NCBI GenBank assembly: GCA_020160975.1
Contig: JAIUPJ010000001.1
Coordinates: 1-32,000 of the forward strand
Source: Candidatus Saccharimonadota bacterium
GTDB lineage: Bacteria > Patescibacteriota > Saccharimonadia > Saccharimonadales > Saccharimonadaceae
DNA length: 32,000 nucleotides
Direction of reading: 5' to 3'
Shown here: piece by piece, positions 25,344-32,000 of the stretch
Numbering within the stretch: position 1 is the stretch's first letter
Layout: every line of letters begins with the position of its first letter
Translations under genes and position numbers: made by a program
Notes under the pieces: generated by a model
Told to the model about the DNA's origin: nothing
Database searches by the model: none
What the model saw: the letters and a program-made list of their open reading frames with translations, nothing else

Positions 25344-26645
25344 TCACCAACCGAATTTCTCGCTATATATATGTGAAGCGGGGACGCCAAGCGAGATAAT
25401 GGCAGACCTCGCTGTGCTCATCATTGCGTCTGGGCCACAGAGATAGTAAGTATAGCGAGTTGGGCTGTCGAGGTGTTTTCTCAGCAATTCGGCGGTGATA
25501 TGTCCGTTTGCTTCCCCTGGCGGTAGCTCATGGCTACCTTGGCTGAAGACCGTTACCGCATGACTACCAAGTCGTTCTTTGAGCGGTGCATACAGAACGG
25601 CCAGTTCACGATTACGATGTGCGGTAAATAGCCATTGTTCACGGTGCGAGGACTCACTCATGATCCGGTCAACAAAGGGTGTAACGCCGATACCTCCGGC
25701 GATATAGACAACGGGTGTAGAAGGTGCTCGATCAATCGAATCAGTAAATTGTCCATACGGCCCACCTAGCAGAACAAAATCGCCCTCAGCTAGTGCCTCA
25801 ATCTCCTTGCTGTACATACCTGCACGACGCACGCCTAGCGTAATATCACCTGACTTTTTGTTATACTGCACAACGCTGAATGGGTGATCCTCGCTGATGA
25901 ATCCAAGTTTGACGTAGACATACTGGCCGCGACGAGGAACAAGACGATGCTGGCCGGCTGGGCTCAGCTTGAGTAGAGTATCAAGTCCTGTCAACGTCGT
26001 ACGATGCACTACTTTATAGGGTAGCTTATCGAGGTTAAGCCAGCTGCGGAGGCGCAGAATCGAGATAAGGATGTAGATTATCATCAGCGTGGACAGGTAG
26101 GCTTTGATCCAAAGATGTGTCTGCACTTGAGCGCCAAGATCTGGAACATGTAGTAGTGCGAACGGAATCGCCAGATATGCCAGCCAGTGCAGGTACCGCC
26201 AGGTCCGCCAGCTTAGCTTGCCACGCACCACGGCAGAGCTTACCCAAAGGACAATAAGCGCCCAGAGCGCAACCTGCCCAAGCATAATATGTCGCTCAGT
26301 GAGCGTCGTGAACTGCGGGATAAACGAATACAGCCAGCTTTCGCCATAGCCGATGGTCACGAGCACAGGGTGGACAAAGATCAGCAGAGTGCCATAGATG
26401 CCGAGGTATTTGTGGATAGCGAGACTAGCGGCGAGGTCTGTGGTCAGAAATCGGCTGATGGATTTTGCGCCGAGGATATACATCCAGAGTAGGAGCGTTA
26501 TGCCGCTGTAGCCACAGATGGCCGAGCTCCAGAGTAGAAGCGCACTTGCAGACCACATCACTGGTAGCGGAACAATGAACAGTGGCGACACTATCGTCAC
26601 CGTGATTGCTGAAATAAGAAGGATGCGCTTAGGTAAATCACTCAT
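25344..26645 (-). CDS. NOX/ferric-reductase-family membrane flavocytochrome (6-TM bis-haem domain plus FAD/NAD(P)H dehydrogenase domain)
   Basis: TM helices HKYLGIYGTLLIFVH (H-x13-H) and HWLAYLAIPFALLH (H-x12-H). Also HPFSV (FAD), GGIGVTPF (NAD(P)H) and YLCGPDAMM (FNR-type CGP). Start placed at ATG 26645 (track: GTG 26651), with TATAGT 9 nt upstream. Confidence 0.87.
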   Translation of the reverse strand: MSDLPKRILLISAITVTIVSPLFIVPLPVMWSASALLLWSSAICGYSGITLLLWMYILGAKSISRFLTTDLAASLAIHKYLGIYGTLLIFVHPVLVTIGYGESWLYSFIPQFTTLTERHIMLGQVALWALIVLWVSSAVVRGKLSWRTWRYLHWLAYLAIPFALLHVPDLGAQVQTHLWIKAYLSTLMIIYILISILRLRSWLNLDKLPYKVVHRTTLTGLDTLLKLSPAGQHRLVPRRGQYVYVKLGFISEDHPFSVVQYNKKSGDITLGVRRAGMYSKEIEALAEGDFVLLGGPYGQFTDSIDRAPSTPVVYIAGGIGVTPFVDRIMSESSHREQWLFTAHRNRELAVLYAPLKERLGSHAVTVFSQGSHELPPGEANGHITAELLRKHLDSPTRYTYYLCGPDAMMSTARSAIISLGVPASHIYSEKFGW

Positions 26646-26732
26646 GCTCACTGCACTATACAGGGCCCATGCTTAAACGAATATTAAAACTTTGGCAGGC
26701 GCTCCTATGCTCAGTACGACACATGAAAAGTG

Positions 26733-26761
26733 TTTACAACCAGGGTGTTTTCCTCTATAAT
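26733..26761 (+). promoter_or_regulatory. Sigma70-type promoter for tuf
   Basis: TTTACA (26733-26738), 17-nt spacer, TATAAT (26756-26761). SD AGGAG lies 10 nt upstream of ATG 26870. Confidence 0.6.
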
Positions 26762-26869
26762 TATATCCATACGCTTTCGGCGCGGTTTTGTTTGGCAGGC
26801 GAGTCTGCTACAAGATCCAAGCCCGCGTCAAGAGTACTAATAATTAATAAGTAGGAGACATAACTACAT

Positions 26870-28054
26870 ATGGCAGACTTCGACCGAAGCAAGCCCCACG
26901 TTAACGTCGGTACTATGGGCCACGTTGACCACGGTAAAACAACTCTCACCGCAGCAATTACTGCTGTACTCGCTAAGAAGCTTCCTAGCGATGTAAACAA
27001 GCCTGTCGCATACGACCAGATCGACAACGCTCCAGAAGAAAAAGCACGTGGTATCACTATCGCTTCTTCTCACCAGGAATACGAATCAGAGAAGCGTCAC
27101 TACGCGCACGTTGACATGCCAGGACACGCCGACTACGTCAAGAACATGATCACTGGTGCGGCTCAAATCGACGGTGCTATCCTCGTGGTAGCAGCAAACG
27201 ATGGCCCATTGCCGCAGACTCGTGAGCACGTTCTGCTTGCTCACCAAGTTGGCGTGCCAAAGATCGTCGTCTTCCTCAACAAGATGGACCTCGCTGATCC
27301 TGAGCTGGTTGAGCTGGTTGAGATGGACGTTCGTGAACTACTTACCAAGAACGGCTACGACGGTGACAACGCGCCAATCATCAAGGGCTCTGCAACCAAG
27401 GCTCTCGAGGGTGACGCGGCTTCAGAAGACGCAGTCATGGAACTCGTCAAAGCGATTGATGATTACATCGACGAGCCACAGCGCGATCTCGACAAGCCAT
27501 TCTTGATGCCGATCGAAGACGTCTTCTCTATCAAGGGTCGTGGTACGGTTGCCACTGGCCGTATCGAGCAGGGTGTCATCAAGATCAACGATGCAGTTGA
27601 AATTGTTGGTCTCAAGGCAACTCAACAATCTGTTGTAACCGGCATCGAGGCCTTCAAAAAGAACCTCGACCAAGGTCAAGCAGGCGACAACGCCGGTCTT
27701 CTCCTCCGCGGTATCGAGCGCGAGCAGATCGAGCGCGGTCAGGTTGTGGTCAAGCCAGGTAGCTTGACACCACACACTGAATTCGACGCTGAAGTCTATA
27801 TCCTCAAAAAGGAGGAAGGCGGACGACACACACCATTTAGCAAGGGCTACAAGCCGCAGTTCTACTTCCGCACGACTGACGTCACCGGCGAAGTTGAGCT
27901 GCCAGCTGACAAAGAAATGGTCATGCCAGGCGACCAAGTTACCTTCAAGGTAAAACTGCTCGCTCCAATCGCCATGGACAAAGGTCAAGACTTTGCCATC
28001 CGCGAAGGTGGTCGTACTGTTGGCGCTGGTGTTGTCACCAACATCACAAAATAG
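26870..28054 (+). CDS. tuf: Elongation factor Tu
   Basis: 394 aa with [18 protein letters not shown] and NKMD, and typical domains II and III. Confidence 0.98.
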   Translation: MADFDRSKPHVNVGTMGHVDHGKTTLTAAITAVLAKKLPSDVNKPVAYDQIDNAPEEKARGITIASSHQEYESEKRHYAHVDMPGHADYVKNMITGAAQIDGAILVVAANDGPLPQTREHVLLAHQVGVPKIVVFLNKMDLADPELVELVEMDVRELLTKNGYDGDNAPIIKGSATKALEGDAASEDAVMELVKAIDDYIDEPQRDLDKPFLMPIEDVFSIKGRGTVATGRIEQGVIKINDAVEIVGLKATQQSVVTGIEAFKKNLDQGQAGDNAGLLLRGIEREQIERGQVVVKPGSLTPHTEFDAEVYILKKEEGGRHTPFSKGYKPQFYFRTTDVTGEVELPADKEMVMPGDQVTFKVKLLAPIAMDKGQDFAIREGGRTVGAGVVTNITK

Positions 28055-28078
28055 TACCTCACTCGATACTATTTAGCC

Positions 28079-28109
28079 CAATACACCTCTCACTACGGGA
28101 GGTGTATTG
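28079..28109 (+). terminator. Stem-loop after tuf (terminator candidate without a clear U-tract)
   Basis: CAATACACCTC (28079-28089) and GAGGTGTATTG (28099-28109) form a perfect 11-bp stem with a 9-nt loop, followed by CTTAG. Confidence 0.55.
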
Positions 28110-28214
28110 CTTAGAATATCAGTGGTGGCATGTACTCTGCGGGCAAATAGCAATATATTTCACGCATTTCTCGCCTCATTTAGGATACAATGAATGAAAA
28201 GCTAATAAGAGGCC

Positions 28215-30035
28215 ATGGCACTCCCTGATTTTATTTCACCCAAAACTAAGAGCGAATTGAAGCTTATGAATCGCAGTAGTATCGTGCTGCCAGTGATTGT
28301 GCTGCTCTTTGGTTTGGTGGTGACCGGTATGTATGCTACTGTGACCCGCGAGACGAACGACCGCGATTTTAAAGAGGGCGTCGTACAGCAGGCTGACAGT
28401 ATGAGTGCGTATGTGGAGACCTCGATGAAGCCCTACGGCCAGCTTCTCGAAGCAACTGCTGCGTTGTTGGGGGTCAAGCCTGACCTAACAGCAGATGAAT
28501 GGAAAACGTTTTATGAGCGTACCCAGTCTCATGAAACACTTTCTGCATTGATCGGTATTGGCTATGTACCCGTCGTGAGTCGCGAATCAGCAAGTGATAG
28601 CGTACAAATGGACTCGAGTATCGATGCGCCGTTGACGATATATCCCGAAGGTGACCGGGACATCTACGCACCGATTCAGTACCTAGAGCCGCGCACGGAG
28701 GACAATCAAAAAGCAATCGGGTTCGATATGTACAGCAATAGCACGAGACGCAGTGCCATGGAAGAGGCGAGAGATACCGGCAAATTAGTGATGTCAGCGC
28801 CACTCGTACTCGTGCAGGATAGCGAGAAAAAAGAACCGAACTACGGAGTGCTTATATACCAGGCCGTGTATCGATCATCTGTTATCCCAGATACGGTCGA
28901 GGAGCGACGCGCACAACTAATCGGGTATACCTACGTTGTCATGCACCCGTACGATGTGGTCAATGACTACCAAGCTCTCAATAGCGAGCGATTTGTCCGA
29001 TCGCGGCTCTTCCTAAAAGATACTACGGCTACAACTCCAGACAAGGCACCGATTCTTTATGCCCGCAACGAGCGAAAGGTACTCAGTTCGGCCGATCAGT
29101 ATCATGCGCTTGACTCTGCTTCGGTATTTGGCCGTACATGGTCTACAGATGTGGCGCGCGAACAGCTGCAGTCGCGTAGTCAAGGGCCAACTGTTATTTT
29201 GATGTCAGGCGGGCTACTGAGCCTGCTGCTCTCTGGTGTTGTGCTTGCGCTTTTTGTCCAGCGCATCCATGGCATTCAACGTACGCTCCAGAATGATGTC
29301 CAGCGCACAAAGGACGAGCTATTGGCTCTTGCGTCACACCAACTGCGTACGCCAGCCAGTGCCGTCAAGCAATATATCGGCATGCTAAAGATGGGTATCG
29401 TGGGCGACCTCACGCCAGAGCAAAAAGCTTTAGCCGATAAGGCCTATGACACCAATGAGCGACAGCTCAACATCATTAACGAACTTCTATACGTGTCGAA
29501 GCTCGATGCCGGGCAGCTGGTAATTGACCCGAGGGAGATGAACCTTACTGCATTTGTCCAAAAGACCCTTGACGACAATATCGACCACGCATCCGAGAAA
29601 GGTATTACGCTTCAATTCTCGCGCAAGCAACCGATCACAATTATTGCCGATTCGCGCTATGTTTCGATGGTGATCGACAACATCGTCAGCAATGCCATCA
29701 AGTATTCTTACCCAAGTACAAAGGTCTACGTATCGATTAAGTCAGACAGTGACTATGTGCTACTCTCTGTCAAGGATAGTGGAGTCGGGTTGCACAAGGA
29801 TGATATTGAGAGGATTTTCCATAAATTCACTCGTGTCGACAACCCACTTTCGCGCGAATCAGGCGGGAGTGGCCTTGGCCTTTTCTTGGCGCGCCAGCTG
29901 GCACGTGCCCACGGGGGGGATATCCGAGTAGAGTCAACCGAAGGTAAGGGGAGTGTGTTCATACTGAGGCTACCGAAAACACCAGTAATCGATACCAATA
30001 TCGTTCATCTCGACCCTACCTACGGCGACAAGTAG
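28215..30035 (+). CDS. Sensor histidine kinase with an extracytoplasmic CHASE-like domain
   Basis: It has TM1 IVLPVIVLLFGLVVTGMYA. The periplasmic-type domain contains IYPEGDRDIYAPIQYLEPRTEDNQKAIGFDMYSNSTRRSAMEEARDTGKLVMSAPLVLVQ...GVLIYQAVY, a CHASE-like pattern, and is followed by TM2. The H-box is LASHQLRTPASAV and the ATPase G-box is GGSGLGLFLARQLARAHGG. No response regulator is adjacent. ATG 28266 is an alternative start. Confidence 0.9.
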   Translation: MALPDFISPKTKSELKLMNRSSIVLPVIVLLFGLVVTGMYATVTRETNDRDFKEGVVQQADSMSAYVETSMKPYGQLLEATAALLGVKPDLTADEWKTFYERTQSHETLSALIGIGYVPVVSRESASDSVQMDSSIDAPLTIYPEGDRDIYAPIQYLEPRTEDNQKAIGFDMYSNSTRRSAMEEARDTGKLVMSAPLVLVQDSEKKEPNYGVLIYQAVYRSSVIPDTVEERRAQLIGYTYVVMHPYDVVNDYQALNSERFVRSRLFLKDTTATTPDKAPILYARNERKVLSSADQYHALDSASVFGRTWSTDVAREQLQSRSQGPTVILMSGGLLSLLLSGVVLALFVQRIHGIQRTLQNDVQRTKDELLALASHQLRTPASAVKQYIGMLKMGIVGDLTPEQKALADKAYDTNERQLNIINELLYVSKLDAGQLVIDPREMNLTAFVQKTLDDNIDHASEKGITLQFSRKQPITIIADSRYVSMVIDNIVSNAIKYSYPSTKVYVSIKSDSDYVLLSVKDSGVGLHKDDIERIFHKFTRVDNPLSRESGGSGLGLFLARQLARAHGGDIRVESTEGKGSVFILRLPKTPVIDTNIVHLDPTYGDK

Positions 30036-30040
30036 TACTC

Positions 30041-30100
30041 AAAAAAGCAGAAACCCCGCTGACCGAGAGGCCAACGGGGCCTGCAATCGGGGCGGGGTTA
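30041..30100 (-). terminator. Branched GC hairpin plus T-tract terminating the 30098-30394 gene (also sits after the kinase gene)
   Basis: AACCCCGC (30052-30059) pairs with GCGGGGTT (30092-30099), and there is an inner stem AGGCC/GGCCT. On the minus strand it is followed by TCTGCTTTTTT (30051-30041). Confidence 0.55.
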
Positions 30101-30394
30101 GGTGTAGAAGCGACCGACAACAGCCCAGTTGCCACGACCGTAGCGAAAAGCAACTACCTCTTGAAGGCTGATGTCATCACGTGAGCCACATGCCCGTTCG
30201 AGCGACGTTAGCTCATCTGTCACCTTGTTCACCAGCCGACGGCAGTCGGTTTTTAGTCCAACTGCTACTCCGATGTCGAGATGGGTTGCTCCGTACTTTT
30301 CCTGGTCGCGACGAGCCTTACTCCACATTGCACGTGCGATACCACAGGCGGTTTTGTCTGAGGGGTTGATCAAGGTTACTCTTGAAATATCCAT
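30098..30394 (-). CDS. Hypothetical 98-aa protein (three Cys), unknown function
   Basis: The ORF has a terminator downstream and a TTGACA-17-TATCGT-like promoter on the minus strand around 30430-30458. No recognisable motif. Confidence 0.55.
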   Translation of the reverse strand: MDISRVTLINPSDKTACGIARAMWSKARRDQEKYGATHLDIGVAVGLKTDCRRLVNKVTDELTSLERACGSRDDISLQEVVAFRYGRGNWAVVGRFYT

Positions 30395-30462
30395 CTGGAT
30401 AACCTATCTCTTTCGAGTATCAGGACATCCTTACGATACTTAGATTACGATAATATGTCAAC

Positions 30463-30490
30463 TTGTCAGTTCTGCTTTTTCTGCTATAAT
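30463..30490 (+). promoter_or_regulatory. Promoter for rpsJ (TTGTCA-16-TGcTATAAT)
   Basis: TTGTCA is at 30463-30468 and TATAAT at 30485-30490, with TG at 30482-30483. This leaves a leader of about 235 nt containing the 14-nt palindrome AAGCGAATTCGCTT (about 30611-30624). Confidence 0.55.
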
Positions 30491-30730
30491 GACCTATACA
30501 ATACCAATGGCATCAGAGAACTCAGCGCTGGCGATGACTCAATTCCGACCATCGCAGAGGTTACTGGAGCAATAATCAAGAAAGGAGATTCAGGGAAAGC
30601 GCAGCCGGATAAGCGAATTCGCTTCTCTGTCCGCGCAATAGGACACGGGGCTCCCAAAAAAATTGCAAGATTTTGAGGGGAGAAGTACCGCAGTTTTTCC
30701 TATTCAGTGAGTTCCTTGAACGAACGAGTT

Positions 30731-31063
30731 ATGGCAGACACCAAACCAAATCCAGCAGAAGGCTTGCGGATTCGCATTCGCCTCAAAGCATACGATCATA
30801 AAGTGATCGACCAATCAGCAAAACAAATCATCGACACCGCGCTTCGCACCGGTGCAAGTGTGGCCGGCCCAGTGCCATTACCAACGCGCAAAAGTACCTA
30901 CACCGTCGTCAAGAGCCCGCACGTCTACAAAATGGGCGGTGAAGCATTCGAGATGCGGGTACATAAACGCCTAATCGATATCACCAATGCGACGCCAAAG
31001 ACCATCGATAATCTGCAGAACCTCAGCTTACCAGCTGGTGTCGATGCAGAAATTCGTATGTAA
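30731..31063 (+). CDS. rpsJ: 30S ribosomal protein S10
   Basis: [56 protein letters not shown]...RLIDI. Start placed at ATG 30731 (the track begins at GTG 30707). Confidence 0.93.
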   Translation: MADTKPNPAEGLRIRIRLKAYDHKVIDQSAKQIIDTALRTGASVAGPVPLPTRKSTYTVVKSPHVYKMGGEAFEMRVHKRLIDITNATPKTIDNLQNLSLPAGVDAEIRM

Positions 31064-31080
31064 TTAGCCTGCGGAACTCA

Positions 31081-31116
31081 AAATACCCGAGATGACAATC
31101 ATATCGGGTATTTTTG
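31081..31116 (+). terminator. Rho-independent terminator immediately after rpsJ
   Basis: AAATACCCGA (31081-31090) and TCGGGTATTT (31104-31113) form a 10-bp stem, and the T-run extends to 31115. Confidence 0.85.
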
Positions 31117-31166
31117 TGTAAAGCTTAAACACTCTTATGGGACTGCCGCGGTTACCGTGCCACTAC

Positions 31167-31484
31167 CTACTGTGCTGTTGGAGACATGATTGAAATACTA
31201 TCTTGGTTCAATGAGTCGACTTCGTCGTAGATGCGTTGGACACGATCGTTAATATCGACTACCCATAGCCCGAGAGCGAGCACGATGATAGCCAAAGCCG
31301 CCCAATAAATCGTTTGTCGAGTGACACGAAGTGTCAAGAATGGGTCAGCGGGTCGCGCAATCCGAAATGACTGCACTGGAGCATCTCTCTTTCGCACCGT
31401 ATGAGTTACTGATGTCTTTGCTGTTGATTTAGCTGGTGCGCGCTTTACCGTCGCTTTTTTTACCGATTTCTTTGCAGTTGCCAT
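31167..31484 (-). CDS. Single-pass membrane protein with a Lys/Ala-rich basic N-terminal tail
   Basis: Start moved to ATG 31484, because AAGGAG (31490-31495) lies 5 nt upstream and the track GTG overlaps the SD. The sequence is MATAKKSVKKATVKRAPAKSTAKTS..., with the TM helix IYWAALAIIVLALGLWVV. Confidence 0.62.
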   Translation of the reverse strand: MATAKKSVKKATVKRAPAKSTAKTSVTHTVRKRDAPVQSFRIARPADPFLTLRVTRQTIYWAALAIIVLALGLWVVDINDRVQRIYDEVDSLNQDSISIMSPTAQ

Positions 31485-31568
31485 GACCACTCCTTAGATA
31501 ATTATCATTAGCTTCATTATCCTTAATGCCTGTCCGAATTGCAACATGCTTATGATATACTGGTGCCA

Positions 31569-31877
31569 ATGGTCAGAACACGAAACAAAAAGACACCTAC
31601 GAAAAAACGATACAAACTACGCGATCGGCAAGAGACCGACGGGCAGTATCTTCTCAAGCTTGTGCTGGTTATTCTCATGGGCACAGCATGGTTGAAGTTT
31701 GCGACGCCAGTAATGCTCGGCCCTGTACCTGTCGCCGGACTTCCGATCGGCATGCTGTTTGCCTTTCTTGTGATTCGTCGCTTTGAAAAACGCCAGGCCG
31801 ACCGCAAGATTTGGTACGCAATGCTCATCGTCGTGACGCTGATTTGTTACTTCGTGCCAGCCGGCATCATGATATAG
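31569..31877 (+). CDS. Small membrane protein with a basic N-terminus, unknown function
   Basis: Start placed at ATG 31569 (MVRTRNKKTPTKKRYK); the track starts at TTG 31539. It has three hydrophobic helices. Confidence 0.55.
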   Translation: MVRTRNKKTPTKKRYKLRDRQETDGQYLLKLVLVILMGTAWLKFATPVMLGPVPVAGLPIGMLFAFLVIRRFEKRQADRKIWYAMLIVVTLICYFVPAGIMI

Positions 31878-31880
31878 ACG

Positions 31881-32000
31881 ATGGTACGCAGGAAATCACA
31901 GCGCATCTCTCTTTTCTTCACCACCATCTCTCTTGCCGTGGGGTTGATTGTCACGGCTTGCTTCCTCGTGCTCGGCAAAGAGCAGGTACCTGTTACGCAG
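31881..32000 (+). CDS. 5' end of an ORF encoding a signal-anchor protein (runs off the window)
   Basis: ATG 31881 lies 4 nt after the previous stop. The sequence MVRRKSQRISLFFTTISLAVGLIVTACFLVLGKEQ... is open to the window end. Confidence 0.35.
   Translation, partial: MVRRKSQRISLFFTTISLAVGLIVTACFLVLGKEQVPVTQ

Noticed and set aside
30455-30676. 73-aa ORF in the rpsJ upstream region
   Set aside because: It starts upstream of and runs across the predicted rpsJ promoter (30463-30490). It has no SD and an unusual Cys/Phe-rich start. The region is more likely a long 5' leader.

Overview
The window is a core information-processing stretch of a roughly 50% GC, Gram-positive-type chromosome. It may be a reduced Patescibacteria/Saccharibacteria-like genome, but that is inference only, from the sortase LAxTG signal, type IV pilin, Gram-positive-type S12 and CIRCE operator. 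Recognisable genes are tRNA-Leu(CAG), a SpoU/TrmH methyltransferase, hisS, a type IV pilin, tig, clpP (preceded by a near-consensus CIRCE/HrcA operator), rpoB-rpoC, rpsL-rpsG, fusA, tuf and rpsJ. The main anomaly is that the normally contiguous rpsL-rpsG-fusA-tuf-rpsJ block is cut into separately promoted and terminated pieces by accessory inserts. (1) Three unrecognisable genes (102, about 370 and 699 aa; 16673-20288) are attached directly to the rpsL-rpsG transcript. The middle one has a PD-(D/E)XK-like E...D-x17-ExK nuclease signature and the last is an acidic, apparently internally duplicated protein. This is my best candidate for an undescribed system. (2) A six-gene membrane redox cluster lies between fusA and tuf: an ApbE flavin transferase, a secreted FMN-binding-domain protein, a NOX/ferric-reductase-type bis-haem flavocytochrome and small membrane proteins. 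(3) An orphan CHASE-domain histidine kinase plus a small Cys-containing protein lie between tuf and rpsJ. rpsJ itself is followed by a strong terminator instead of rplC. Other observations are a GC3-rich (about 64% GC) island next to the tRNA, several leaderless-looking promoters, a micro-ORF bridging rpsL and rpsG, and a 7-bp tandem repeat upstream of rpsL. No rRNA, CRISPR array, transposase or integrase was seen. All functional calls come from by-eye motif recognition; no database search was possible.
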